Shown: in pieces, positions 10,984 through 20,998 of the stretch | Position numbering within the stretch: the first letter of the stretch is position 1 | How the letters are laid out: every line of letters starts with the position of its first letter | Origin: Halothiobacillus sp. | GTDB taxonomy: Bacteria; Pseudomonadota; Gammaproteobacteria; Halothiobacillales; Halothiobacillaceae | NCBI GenBank assembly: GCA_035531235.1 | Contig: DATKTJ010000117.1 | Span: 44,085-108,084 of the forward strand | DNA: 64,000 nt | Direction of reading: 5' to 3' | Position numbers and translations under genes: made by a program | The notes under the pieces: generated by a model | Told to the model about the DNA's origin: nothing | The model's input: only the letters and a program-made list of their open reading frames with translations | Databases searched by the model: none

Positions 10984-11358
10984 TTATTCCGGTTCAGATT
11001 CGCGCGGATTGCTGGTTTTATCCGGTGCCATCGTGGAACCCGAATCGCGATCCAGCATTTCGGGTTCCGTGCTCGGTTCATGCCGGGCAGCAGATGCCAG
11101 CATCAGCGCGCTGATGGGCGCGGTCACCCATAAAAACACAATGATCAGCACCTCATGCACGGAAGGGGTATCGGTTCTGAACGAGAAAAACAGGGCCGAT
11201 GCCAACAATATGGCCGTTACCCCCAAGGTCGAGGCTTTTGTGGGCGCATGTAGCCGCATGAAGAAATCCGGGAACTTCACCAACCCGATCGACCCCAGCA
11301 ACACGAACAGGCTGCCCAGTACGATCAGTCCGGCAATCGCGAGATCGGCGAGGGTCAT
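10984..11358 (-). CDS. phaG: Mrp/Pha Na+(K+)/H+ antiporter subunit G
   Basis: GSIGLVKFPDFFMRLHAPTKASTLG, TAPISA; ATG at 11358 overlaps the phaF stop. Confidence 0.93.
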   Translation of the reverse strand: MTLADLAIAGLIVLGSLFVLLGSIGLVKFPDFFMRLHAPTKASTLGVTAILLASALFFSFRTDTPSVHEVLIIVFLWVTAPISALMLASAARHEPSTEPEMLDRDSGSTMAPDKTSNPRESEPE

Positions 11359-11639
11359 GATCGATCCTCCGGTTCGATAATTCGTCCGCGCAGCGCGTAT
11401 TTGGCGAGCGCGACGGTACTGATGAAACCCAGGACGGCCAGCAGCAGGGCCGCCTCGAAATTGATGGGGTTGCCCATCCACAGGCCGAACAGCACGATGA
11501 CTGCGATCGCATTGACGGCCAGCGTATCCAGCGCCAGGATCCGATCAGGCAGGCTGGGCCCCCGCAGGAGCCGATAAAAGCTCAGCAGACAGGCGATGCC
11601 GACGAGGACGAGTCCGATCAGGGCGGCGGTACCGATCAT
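11355..11639 (-). CDS. phaF: Mrp/Pha antiporter subunit F
   Basis: YRLLRGPSLPDRILALDTL, GFISTVALAK..RGRIIE. Confidence 0.95.
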   Translation of the reverse strand: MIGTAALIGLVLVGIACLLSFYRLLRGPSLPDRILALDTLAVNAIAVIVLFGLWMGNPINFEAALLLAVLGFISTVALAKYALRGRIIEPEDRS

Positions 11640-12169
11640 GGGTTGTTGTCCTCGATGGCGGCGCGCGGTGATTCGCCGAACATATCTTGAATTCGGCGCT
11701 CATAGCGCTGTTTCATGCCGGCGATTTCGTCGTCCGGATCCTCCGTGTGCAGGGCATGGACGATGAGGTGACTGCGATCCGGTGCGATTTCACAGGAAAC
11801 CGTGCCCGGTGTCAGGGTGATCGTGCTGGCAAACAGGCTGATCGCGGTGGGATGGGTGACCGCCAACGGCACAATCAGAAAATGGGATTTGAGGGCCGAG
11901 TTCCGGCCCAGTACTTGCCGCGCAACGATGAAATTGGCCTTGATGATGTCGTGGAGCACGAGCAGCACGTAGGCCAACAGCGCCACGGGCCGTTTCACGA
12001 TCAGGGGCGGTTGGCTGCGTGGACCGAGGAATGGGGGGATCAGCAGGCCGATGATTACGGCAAGCACGATCTGGCCCGCGGACAGGCTGTTGTTCAGCAG
12101 CAGCCACAGGGCAATGAGGCTGGCGGTCAGCATTGGTCGGGGCAGGATCTTGTGCACAACGGCGGTCAT
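11636..12169 (-). CDS. phaE: Mrp/Pha antiporter subunit E
   Basis: DIIKANF.VA, ITLTPGTVS, VHALH, KQRYERR. Confidence 0.95.
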   Translation of the reverse strand: MTAVVHKILPRPMLTASLIALWLLLNNSLSAGQIVLAVIIGLLIPPFLGPRSQPPLIVKRPVALLAYVLLVLHDIIKANFIVARQVLGRNSALKSHFLIVPLAVTHPTAISLFASTITLTPGTVSCEIAPDRSHLIVHALHTEDPDDEIAGMKQRYERRIQDMFGESPRAAIEDNNP

Positions 12170-13782
12170 TGATGGGCACCTGTGGGCGTGGCGGCATGTT
12201 CGGGATGGGCCGGGAACGCCAATACGCCGGCGTTCATGGTCGGTGGATTCAGAACGGCGTGAATATAATCCGGTGTCGCGTTGATCTGGGCGCTGGTCTG
12301 ATCGAGCCAGCTGCTCAAGGGGTTGGCTGCGATCACCATCAATACGGCGACGAAAATCGGGCTCATGACGGCAATCCAGCCCAATCTGTTGGGTCCTGCC
12401 GCGAGCGGCACGCCTGTGGTTGGCTGGTCGACGCGATAAAATAGCCGGTTGCCGCTTCGGGCCAGGGCAATGACCGCCAACAGGCTGGTGATCAGAATCG
12501 TGGCGAAGATCGGGGTGCGCAGGGGTTGATCGACTGCGGCGGACAAAATCAGAATCTTGCCGACGAAGCCGGTCAGCGGCGGCAATCCCGCCATGGCCAG
12601 GGCATAGACAAAAAATAACGAACCGAGCAGGACCATTCGGGTGATCGGGGGTGCCGGAGCCCAGTCATCGCCGTTGGTTCGGCCACGTCGAATCATGTCC
12701 GCCAGCAGGAAGAATCCCGCACTGAGCACCGTGGTGTGAATCCAGTAATACAGCGTCGCACTCAGCGCTGCTTCGGTGCGCATGCCGAGTGCAATCATCA
12801 GGGTGCCGACGGAGGCAAGGATCAGGTAGGCCACTTGCCGGCGCAGGTTTTGCGCCGCCAGAACCCCGAGCGTGGCCATGACCAGCGTCAGGATGCCCAG
12901 CCATATCTGCCAGGGACCGATCAGGTTGACGAAGGCCGCGGGTGCCGTGTGCGCATCAAACAGCGTGCCGTGCACGCGCAGCATGGCGTACAGCCCGACC
13001 TTGGTCATGATGGCAAACAGCGCGGCGACCGGCGCGGAGGTTTCGGCATAGGTGGCCGGCAGCCAGAGGTAGAGCGGGAAGGCGGCTGCCTTGATGGCAA
13101 ACACGACGAAGAGCAGCAGGCTGGCGGCCGCGATGATGCCGTAATCCTGCACGGGTGCCTGACCCAATTTCTGGGCGAGGTCGGCGATATTCAGGGTGCC
13201 GAGTACGCCATAAAGCGCACCGACCGCAAACAGGAACAGAGTGGAGCCAATCAGGTTGATGACCATGTAATGCAGACCGGCGCGACTCCGGCGGGCACCG
13301 CCGCCATGCAGCATCAATCCGTAGGAAGCCAGCAGCAGGACTTCGAAGAATACGAACAGATTGAACACGTCGCCGGTCAGAAAGGCGCCGTTCAGCCCGA
13401 AGAGCTGCGCCTGAAACAGGGCGTGGAAGTGCGGGCCGCGATGGTCTTCATCGGTGGCCACGGTGTAGATGAAGCTGATGGCAGCCAGTCCGGCGGTGAG
13501 CAGGAGCATCAGCCCGGCGAGTCGATCATAGACCCAGACGATGCCGAACGGGGCGGGCCAATCGCCCATCGGATAGACCAGATGCTGATTGCCAGCACCA
13601 CTGACGAGCAGTGCTACCACGACGGCCAACAGCAAGGCGACACTCGATCCGCTCACGATGCGTTGCAGGCGGATACTGCGCCGGTGCAGCAGGATCAGCA
13701 GCACGGCGCTGAATACAGGCAGAAAAACCGGCAGTGTCAGCCAGTGCAGGGGCCAAATTGGGGATGTGAACAAGCCGATCAT
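12166..13782 (-). CDS. phaD: Mrp/Pha antiporter subunit D
   Basis: GDWPAPFGI..YDRL, GAFLTGDVFNLFVFFEVLL, KAAAFPLYLWLP, TKVG, GLPPLTGFVGK. Confidence 0.96.
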   Translation of the reverse strand: MIGLFTSPIWPLHWLTLPVFLPVFSAVLLILLHRRSIRLQRIVSGSSVALLLAVVVALLVSGAGNQHLVYPMGDWPAPFGIVWVYDRLAGLMLLLTAGLAAISFIYTVATDEDHRGPHFHALFQAQLFGLNGAFLTGDVFNLFVFFEVLLLASYGLMLHGGGARRSRAGLHYMVINLIGSTLFLFAVGALYGVLGTLNIADLAQKLGQAPVQDYGIIAAASLLLFVVFAIKAAAFPLYLWLPATYAETSAPVAALFAIMTKVGLYAMLRVHGTLFDAHTAPAAFVNLIGPWQIWLGILTLVMATLGVLAAQNLRRQVAYLILASVGTLMIALGMRTEAALSATLYYWIHTTVLSAGFFLLADMIRRGRTNGDDWAPAPPITRMVLLGSLFFVYALAMAGLPPLTGFVGKILILSAAVDQPLRTPIFATILITSLLAVIALARSGNRLFYRVDQPTTGVPLAAGPNRLGWIAVMSPIFVAVLMVIAANPLSSWLDQTSAQINATPDYIHAVLNPPTMNAGVLAFPAHPEHAATPTGAHQ

Positions 13783-14129
13783 CGCGCGGAATCGTCCTCT
13801 GGGGCGTCGTCGGCCGTGCCGTCTACATGGTCATTGCCGAGTTCCGCCCGGGTTTTCAGGGCCAGAACGATCACGAAGGCGGTCATGGCAAAGGCAATCA
13901 CGATGGCCGTGAGTACCAGCGCCTGGGGGAGCGGGTCGGCATACCGGGTTTGGGCGCCCAGGACGGCGGCCGCATTGCTGGCCAGTCGGCCCATGCCGAA
14001 CAGAAAGAGATTCACGGCATAGGAGAGCAGGGTCAGGCCCAGCACCACGGGGAAGGTTTGAGCCCGTAGAGTCAGGAAGATCCCGGTCGCGGTCAGCATG
14101 CCGATCAGGAGCGCAAAAAGCAGGGACAT
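13779..14129 (-). CDS. phaC: Mrp/Pha antiporter subunit C
   Basis: LLSYAVNLFLFGMGRL, DPLPQALVLTAIVI. Confidence 0.96.
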   Translation of the reverse strand: MSLLFALLIGMLTATGIFLTLRAQTFPVVLGLTLLSYAVNLFLFGMGRLASNAAAVLGAQTRYADPLPQALVLTAIVIAFAMTAFVIVLALKTRAELGNDHVDGTADDAPEDDSAR

Positions 14130-16936
14130 CAGGAGACGACTCCTTCGGATTTGGCAGGTTTGTCCAGCGGAACGCTGCCCAGGTGCGCCATTTGGACCAG
14201 CATGAGCACGCTCGCACCGAGGACCACCAGAAAGACCCCTAGATCGAACACCATCGCCGAAGCCAGTTCCAGGTTACCGAGGAACGGGATCTGCCAATGG
14301 CCGAAGGTGGATGTGAGGAACGGATAGCCTGCGCCGATTGAGGCCAGGCCGGTACCCAGGGCCAACAACAGTCCCAGTCCGATGGCGCCGTGGGTCGGGA
14401 TCAGCAGACGGTTTTCCGTGTGGTGGATGCCGTGTGCGAGATACTGGGTGATCAGGGCGCTGGCGACGATCAGGCCGGCAATGAAACCGCCACCGGGCGC
14501 ATTGTGGCCGCGCAGGAGGATATATAGCCCGAAGACGAGGGTCAGTGGCAACAACAACTGGCTTAGGGTTTGAAAGAGCAGGGGGTGTGCGGCCGAACGG
14601 CTGCCGGGACCGGGTGTTCCCTGTGGCAATCGCAGATTCTGCAGCAGGGCAAATACCCCGAGCGCGGCCAATGCCAGCACGCTGATCTCCCCAAAGGTGT
14701 CATACCCCCGGAAATCCACCAGGATGACATTGACCACGTTATGCCCACCGCCTTCGGTCAGGCTTTTGGCCAGGAAGTAGCCGGCAATGTTCTCGTAGTC
14801 ACGCGACATCACCGCATAGGTCAGGATCGTGGCGCCGACACCAGACAGCAGCGCGATCAGGGCGTCCCGGTACAGTCTCGGGCGTGGCTCGGCCGTACTT
14901 TGTGCCGGCAGATAGCGCAGGGCCAGGAGCATCAGGACGACCGTAATGACCTCTACGGAAAGTTGCGTCAGGGCGAGATCGGGCGCCGAATAGCGCACGA
15001 ACAGCAAGGCGACCCCAAGCCCAACGACACTCATCGGCAGCAGGGCCAGCAGTCGCTTCGGATGCATCCATACGGCGGCCAGCGCTGCAGCCATCATGAT
15101 CAGCATGCCGACAGCCGTGATACCGTCAAAGGCTGGGGCATGGTGCTCGGGGCCAAAGAGGGGGGCATGGTAGGAGAGGAAGCCGATCCCACCCGCGATC
15201 AATGCTGTGATCAGGGTCCAGAGCGTCATGCTTTGCAGGCGGCCCTGGTCAAAGGTACGGGTGACGACGCGGGCGGCCAGCTGCAGGGATTGCAAGAGCG
15301 CGTCATAGAGGATTTTGGCGTTCAGACGTCCTATCCCGTGTTCGTGAAACCGGGTGAGCGGGCGGCGCAGGACGAAAACCAGTATCCCGCCACCCAGTGC
15401 GATCGTGCTCATCAGCAGCGGCAGTTTGAACCCGTGCCAGAGGGCGAGACTGAAGTGCGGCGGGGGTGCGTTGAGGACCGCGCCGGCGGCAAAATTCAGC
15501 AACCCGCCGATCAACAGGGCCGGGAAAATACCCACGGCGAGACAGACCACTACCAGGATATCCACCGGCACACGCATCATCCGGGGTGGTTCGTGGATTT
15601 CCTGAGGAAGGTCCGGGTCGGGGGTGCCGAAAAAGGTGTCGTGCACGAAACGGATGGAGTAGGCCACTGACATCACCCCACCGAGGGTGACGAGCAGGGG
15701 TAAAAGCCAGACGGAACCAAAGTCGGGCGCGACCTCCAGCGCTTCGCTGAAGAACATCTCCTTGCTCAGGAAGCCGTTCAGCAAGGGCACCCCAGCCATG
15801 GCGGCAGCGGCCACAATCGCCAGTGCGGCAGTGTGGGGCATCTTCCGGGCCAGCCCGCCCAACCGGCGCATGTCCCGCGTGCCGGTTTCATGATCGATGA
15901 TGCCGGCCACCATGAACAACGAGGCCTTGAAGGTGGCATGGTTGATCAGGTGAAAGATCCCCGCCACGGCGGCCAGCGGTGTGCCGAAGCCGAAGAGCAG
16001 GGTGATCAGACCCAGATGGCTGATGGTGGAATAGGCCAGAAGACCTTTGAGGTCGTGCTTGAACAACGCCGTGTAGGCGCCCAACAGAAAGGTGATCAGA
16101 CCGGCGCCACCGACCAGGAGCAACCAGGCATCGGTGCCCGACAACACGGGGAACAGCCGGGCGAGGAGGAAAATCCCCGCTTTCACCATGGTGGCCGAAT
16201 GTAGATAGGCCGATACCGGGGTCGGCGCGGCCATGGCATTGGGCAGCCAGAAGTGGAATGGAAACTGAGCCGACTTGGTGAAGGCCCCCAGCAGGATCAG
16301 CAGCAGGATCGGCAGGTACAGCGGGCTGGCGCGCAGGGTATCGCCCGCCCCCAGAATCACACTCAGGTTATAGCTGCCCACCACGTGCCCGAGCAGGAGC
16401 ACGCCCCCGAGCAGGGCGAGCCCGCCCATGCCCGTGACGGCGAGGGCCATTCGGGCGCCTTGGCGGGCTTCCTTGCGGTGCTGCCAGAAACTGATGAGCA
16501 GGAACGAGGACAGCGAGGTCAGCTCCCAGAACACCACCAGTTGGATCAGGTTTTCGGAGAGCGCGATGCCAAGCATGGCGCCCATGAACAGCATCAGTCC
16601 GGAGAAGAATCGCCCTGGGTGATCCTGTGGTGCGAGATAGTAGCGGGCGTAGACGATAATGAGCAGCCCGATCAGCAGAATCAGGCTGCTGAACAGGATG
16701 CTCAGGCCATCCAGCCGAAAGGCAAAATCGAGGCCGATTTGGGGGATCCAGGCAAACTGGATCACCTGCGGGGTGGCAAGATCGACATGGCTGACGAGCA
16801 GGCCCAGCAATACCAGGGCGCTGAGGGTGGTGATGCCCGCAGCCCAGGGCGCGGCGCGACGATCCCATCCCGCAAGCAGCGCAATGATCGGCGCGCTCAG
16901 AAAAGGGAGCAATACAATCAAGATCAGCGTTGCCAT
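14129..16936 (-). CDS. phaA: Mrp/Pha antiporter subunit A (fused A+B, group 2 operon)
   Basis: FWELTS, TKSAQFPFHFWLPNAMAAPTPVSAYLHSATMVKAG, NVILVDFRGYDTFGE, RGHNAPGGGF, FDLGV. Confidence 0.97.
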   Translation of the reverse strand: MATLILIVLLPFLSAPIIALLAGWDRRAAPWAAGITTLSALVLLGLLVSHVDLATPQVIQFAWIPQIGLDFAFRLDGLSILFSSLILLIGLLIIVYARYYLAPQDHPGRFFSGLMLFMGAMLGIALSENLIQLVVFWELTSLSSFLLISFWQHRKEARQGARMALAVTGMGGLALLGGVLLLGHVVGSYNLSVILGAGDTLRASPLYLPILLLILLGAFTKSAQFPFHFWLPNAMAAPTPVSAYLHSATMVKAGIFLLARLFPVLSGTDAWLLLVGGAGLITFLLGAYTALFKHDLKGLLAYSTISHLGLITLLFGFGTPLAAVAGIFHLINHATFKASLFMVAGIIDHETGTRDMRRLGGLARKMPHTAALAIVAAAAMAGVPLLNGFLSKEMFFSEALEVAPDFGSVWLLPLLVTLGGVMSVAYSIRFVHDTFFGTPDPDLPQEIHEPPRMMRVPVDILVVVCLAVGIFPALLIGGLLNFAAGAVLNAPPPHFSLALWHGFKLPLLMSTIALGGGILVFVLRRPLTRFHEHGIGRLNAKILYDALLQSLQLAARVVTRTFDQGRLQSMTLWTLITALIAGGIGFLSYHAPLFGPEHHAPAFDGITAVGMLIMMAAALAAVWMHPKRLLALLPMSVVGLGVALLFVRYSAPDLALTQLSVEVITVVLMLLALRYLPAQSTAEPRPRLYRDALIALLSGVGATILTYAVMSRDYENIAGYFLAKSLTEGGGHNVVNVILVDFRGYDTFGEISVLALAALGVFALLQNLRLPQGTPGPGSRSAAHPLLFQTLSQLLLPLTLVFGLYILLRGHNAPGGGFIAGLIVASALITQYLAHGIHHTENRLLIPTHGAIGLGLLLALGTGLASIGAGYPFLTSTFGHWQIPFLGNLELASAMVFDLGVFLVVLGASVLMLVQMAHLGSVPLDKPAKSEGVVS

Positions 16937-17256
16937 GGGGCCCTCATTCCGCCGCGCCGATCAGGCAGGGGCGGCAGCTGTGGGTCGCCTCGTCCCCATG
17001 CGGATAACCCGGGTGCGTGGCCCGCGTCCTGCAGGGGGTAGCGGTGAAAAAAAGAAATGCGACCGTGCCGGTGGCGTGGTCAGTAGCGTGATGGATCATT
17101 CGTGGGAATTTAACATGGCTTATGGCGTGTGCAGAAAATTTATCACGTTGGAGGACATAAGATCATGGCGACAATGCGACCGAATGTTAGACTCTAGCGC
17201 AGAATACGTCAGCCTAAACGCTTAACTTTTGTGCTTTTCACTGAGAAATCAAAACC

Positions 17257-18600
17257 TTGTTTCCAGATAAACCCACGCCGGACTATATCGCGCCCGAAAA
17301 ACACGAGATTTTGCGGGATCATCTGAGCGATCACGCCCTCAATGTTCTCCAGCGTTTGCATGATCAGGGCTATGCCGCGTATCTCGTCGGCGGCTGTGTG
17401 CGCGATCTGCTTCGCGGCATGCGCCCCAAGGATTTCGATGTCGTTACCGACGCGCGCCCCGAGCAGGTGCGCGCCTTGTTTCGCCATGCCCGCATCATCG
17501 GTCGTCGCTTCAAGATCGTGCATGTGCTCTTTGGCCGCGACATGATCGAGGTCACCACGTTCCGGGGTGGCGACGACGAGGCCGTACGCCGTTCCGATCA
17601 AGGGCGCATTCTGCGGGATAACGTTTTCGGCTCGCTTGATCAGGATGTCTGGCGACGTGATTTTGCCTGCAATGCGCTGTACTACAACTATGCCGATGAC
17701 CAGATTGTCGATTACGTACAGGGTTGGCAGGACGTGCAGAGCGGACATTTGCGCATTATCGGCGATCCGGCGACTCGCTATCGGGAAGATCCGGTCCGGA
17801 TGTTGCGGGCCGCCCGTTTTATGGCCAAGCTCGGATTCACCCTGCTGCCTGAAACCGCCGAGGGTATTCACGTCTGCCGGGATCTGCTGAAGGATATCGC
17901 GCCTGCACGCCTGTTCGACGAAAGCATCAAGATATTTCAGGGTGGTTATGCCTGGGCGGGTTTTCTGCAATTACGCGAACTCGACCTGCTGGGCTACCTC
18001 TTCGCTGGGCTGAATGATCTGCTCGACCGGGATTACGATCGGGTAGCAGCCCTGGTCGAGAAGATCCTGACCGGTACCGATGAACGTATCCGTCTGGATC
18101 TGCCGGTTAATCCGGCGTTCCTGCTCGCAGGGATGTTGTGGGCGGATTTGAGTCGCCGCCGTGAATATTGGTTGCATCAGCGGGTCGATGCCGAGGTCGC
18201 ACTGGAAATCGCCTGCAATGAAGTGATCGAAGCCACGGTTCGTCAGGTTGCCATTCCGCGTCGCCTCACGGATCTGATGCGGGTGATCTGGTCGCTACAA
18301 CCTGAACTGGAGCGTGAAGGGCATGACATGGTGCCTGGCGCACCCATGCTGGCGTTGAGCGAAGCACAGAAAACCCTGTTGTCTCATGCCTGGTTCCGTG
18401 CCGCGCTGGATTTCCTGTGTCTGCGCAGCGAGGTTGGTGAAGTCTCCGAATCGATATGCGCGTTCTGGCGGCATTATGCCCCTGCACGCGACAAGGACTC
18501 CGGTGAAGCGGTACCGACCGTTCTACCCGAGGATTTCGTGACGCATGGCGATCCGAAGCAGCGCCCACGACGACGCGCCCGGCGGCCTCGGCGCAATTGA
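17257..18600 (+). CDS. pcnB: Poly(A) polymerase I (TTG start)
   Basis: YLVGGCVRDLL..PKDFDVVT, IIGRRF.IVHV, EVTTFR, RRDF..NALYY, EDPVRMLRA, Arg-rich tail; followed by folK. Confidence 0.96.
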   Translation: MFPDKPTPDYIAPEKHEILRDHLSDHALNVLQRLHDQGYAAYLVGGCVRDLLRGMRPKDFDVVTDARPEQVRALFRHARIIGRRFKIVHVLFGRDMIEVTTFRGGDDEAVRRSDQGRILRDNVFGSLDQDVWRRDFACNALYYNYADDQIVDYVQGWQDVQSGHLRIIGDPATRYREDPVRMLRAARFMAKLGFTLLPETAEGIHVCRDLLKDIAPARLFDESIKIFQGGYAWAGFLQLRELDLLGYLFAGLNDLLDRDYDRVAALVEKILTGTDERIRLDLPVNPAFLLAGMLWADLSRRREYWLHQRVDAEVALEIACNEVIEATVRQVAIPRRLTDLMRVIWSLQPELEREGHDMVPGAPMLALSEAQKTLLSHAWFRAALDFLCLRSEVGEVSESICAFWRHYAPARDKDSGEAVPTVLPEDFVTHGDPKQRPRRRARRPRRN

Positions 18601-18614
18601 GCGGGAACGGGGTC

Positions 18615-19154
18615 ATGATGGAGCGGCCTGAGCGCCCGTCCGGCAGCGTCGAGGCGATGATTGCGCTGGGCAGCAATCTCGGGCATCCAATCGAGCAATT
18701 GGAACGGGCGTTTCAGGCGCTCGACCGCTTGCCCCAGACCTCGGTCGAGCGCAGTTCCATGCTTTACGCCAACCCGCCCATGGGGCCACAGGATCAGCCT
18801 GATTATGTGAATGCCGTGGCTCTGCTGGTCACCCGGTTGAGTCCGGTGGACCTGCTGAATGCCCTCAAGGCGCTGGAACAAGCCGCCGGCCGATATGCAA
18901 CCCGTTACTGGGGCGAGCGCGTTCTGGATCTGGATATTCTGACCTACGGGGATCTGACCATCGATACCCGCGAGCTCACTGTGCCCCATCCGGGGATTGC
19001 CAACCGACGATTCGTGCTGGCACCCTGGCACGAGATTGCGCCGGATGCCGTGCTGCCCGACCGACGGCGGATCGCGGACTTGCTGGCGTCGTCGCCCGAA
19101 CATGCGCTGCGGGTTATCCCGCGCACCGTCGTCCGTTCCGATCTTGCCCCCTGA
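18615..19154 (+). CDS. folK: 2-amino-4-hydroxy-6-hydroxymethyldihydropteridine diphosphokinase (exact start uncertain)
   Basis: IALGSNLG, QPDYVNAV, WGERVLDLDIL, LTVPHP...RRFVLAP. Confidence 0.96.
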   Translation: MMERPERPSGSVEAMIALGSNLGHPIEQLERAFQALDRLPQTSVERSSMLYANPPMGPQDQPDYVNAVALLVTRLSPVDLLNALKALEQAAGRYATRYWGERVLDLDILTYGDLTIDTRELTVPHPGIANRRFVLAPWHEIAPDAVLPDRRRIADLLASSPEHALRVIPRTVVRSDLAP

Positions 19155-19197
19155 TTCTATTCTCTACCCCAGATTTACCAAGGTCCACACGAGTGCC

Positions 19198-20019
19198 ATG
19201 ACTATGAACACGGTCGATGAATTGATTGTGCCACGAACGATTCCCGCGCTCTGGGCGGCGAAGCGACAAAACCAGCCGATCGTCATGCTGACGGCTTACG
19301 ATGCCAGTTTCGCCCATCAGGCAGACTTGGCCGGCGTCGATATTCTGCTGGTCGGTGATTCCCTCGGCATGGTCATCCAGGGCCAGCGCGATACCCTGTC
19401 GGTGACCCTGGATGCCATGGTCTATCACACGCTGGCCGTACGTCGCGGTGCGCCCCAGAGGCTGATCATGGCCGATATGCCTTTTCTGTCTGAAGTGACT
19501 GTCGATCTGGCCGTGCAGAGTGCCGGTCGGCTGATGCAGGAAGGTGGTGCGGATCTGGTGAAGATCGAGGGTGGCCACGCCAAGGCGGACATCGTGCGCG
19601 CGCTGACCGAAGCGGGTATCCCTGTCTGTGCCCATGTGGGATTGCTGCCCCAGCGGGTGCGCCAACTGGGGGGCTATCGGGTTCAGGGTCGTGACGCCGA
19701 AGACGCCGCGCGCATTCTGCATGATGCCGAAACCTTGACGGATGCCGGGGCTGCCCTGGTTCTGGTGGAGTGCGTGCCCAGCCCGCTCGGCGCCCGGCTT
19801 GCGGATTCCCTCGCCGTTCCGGTGATCGGCATCGGTGCGGGCAATGCGGTGGATGGACAGGTGTTGGTGTTGCATGATGCGTTGGGACTCAACAGTCATC
19901 CGCCCCGGTTCGTGCGCGATTTCCTGCGCGGACGCGGGTCCATCGGTCAGGCGTTGACCGCCTACGCGGCGGCCGTGCGCGATCGCAGTTTCCCGGCAGA
20001 CCATGAGGGTTATATCTGA
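19198..20019 (+). CDS. panB: 3-methyl-2-oxobutanoate hydroxymethyltransferase
   Basis: MLTAYDASFA, LVGDSLGM, ADMPF, VKIEGG, IGIGAG..VDGQVLVLHD. Confidence 0.97.
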   Translation: MTMNTVDELIVPRTIPALWAAKRQNQPIVMLTAYDASFAHQADLAGVDILLVGDSLGMVIQGQRDTLSVTLDAMVYHTLAVRRGAPQRLIMADMPFLSEVTVDLAVQSAGRLMQEGGADLVKIEGGHAKADIVRALTEAGIPVCAHVGLLPQRVRQLGGYRVQGRDAEDAARILHDAETLTDAGAALVLVECVPSPLGARLADSLAVPVIGIGAGNAVDGQVLVLHDALGLNSHPPRFVRDFLRGRGSIGQALTAYAAAVRDRSFPADHEGYI

Positions 20020-20020
20020 G

Positions 20021-20890
20021 ATGCGGCTTTTGCGTACGCGGGCGGAACTCGCCCAGTGGCGGGCAGAGCAGCAGGCGGCCGGGGTCGGCATCGCCTTTGT
20101 GCCGACCATGGGCAATCTGCATGATGGTCATTTGCGTCTGGTCGAACAGGCCAGGAATACGTCGTCGTTGAAGGCGCAAGCCGTGCTGGTGTCCATTTTC
20201 GTCAACCCCCTGCAGTTCAATGATCCGGGTGATCTGGCCCGCTACCCACGGACGGAAGCCGAGGACTGTGCCCAATTGGCGGCACATGGGGTGGACGCTG
20301 TCTTTCTGCCTTCTGTCGAGACCGTGTATTTGGACGCGACGGCCGACGGCACCGGGCTGCAGGTGAGTGTGCAGCCGGGCGCGCTGGCCGAACGCTGGGA
20401 AGGGGCCGTGCGGCCGGGGCATTTCGCCGGTGTAACCACCATCGTGGCGAAACTGTTCCATCTCGTGCGTCCAGCGATTGCCCTGTTTGGCGAAAAGGAT
20501 TTTCAGCAATTGCAGATCGTGCGGCGTATGGTGCGCGATCTTGATTTTGAGACCACGGTCATCAGTGTGCCGACAGAGCGGGCGCCCGACGGTTTGGCCT
20601 TGAGTTCGCGCAATCGATTTTTGACGCCCGCAGATCGGCAGGTTGCCCCGCAGTTGTATGCCCAACTGCAACGGGCAGAGACCCGTATCCGGCAGGGTGT
20701 CGATTCGGTGGATCAAGTGCTTGCCGAGAGCCGGGATGTGCTGGCCGCCGCCGGATTCGAGATTGATTATTTCGTATTTTGCGACGTCGATACGTTATTG
20801 CCCCGGCGGGATGCTGGACCGGGTATTTTGCTGGCGGCCGCGCGTTTGGGCGCCGTTCGCCTGCTGGATAACAGTCGCGTCGACCTCTGA
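20021..20890 (+). CDS. panC: Pantoate--beta-alanine ligase
   Basis: FVPTMGNLHDGH, SIFVNPLQF, RPGHF.GV, FGEKDFQQL, DGLALSSRN, RLLDN. Confidence 0.97.
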   Translation: MRLLRTRAELAQWRAEQQAAGVGIAFVPTMGNLHDGHLRLVEQARNTSSLKAQAVLVSIFVNPLQFNDPGDLARYPRTEAEDCAQLAAHGVDAVFLPSVETVYLDATADGTGLQVSVQPGALAERWEGAVRPGHFAGVTTIVAKLFHLVRPAIALFGEKDFQQLQIVRRMVRDLDFETTVISVPTERAPDGLALSSRNRFLTPADRQVAPQLYAQLQRAETRIRQGVDSVDQVLAESRDVLAAAGFEIDYFVFCDVDTLLPRRDAGPGILLAAARLGAVRLLDNSRVDL

Positions 20891-20998
20891 TCAACGTTAA
20901 CCAGACGCTGACCAACCGGTTTTGAGTGCTGGCATGGAAAGCCTCACCGGTTGTTTACGGTACAATCCTCGCACGTTTGTTTTTTTCGGAAGTGTTCG

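Noticed and set aside
12736-15670. Long plus-strand ORFs (428 aa, 366 aa) opposite phaD/phaA, and similar ones opposite cphA, pyrC, petB, uvrD and the GGEEF gene
   Set aside because: Antisense shadows of well-conserved genes in GC-rich DNA; no motifs or RBS.
18997-19197. Extended track starts for panB (also accA 20951, phaG 11481, ccoN 54517, pyrC 49469, gamma-CA 62987)
   Set aside because: The extensions overlap neighbouring genes or promoters; downstream ATGs match family N-termini.
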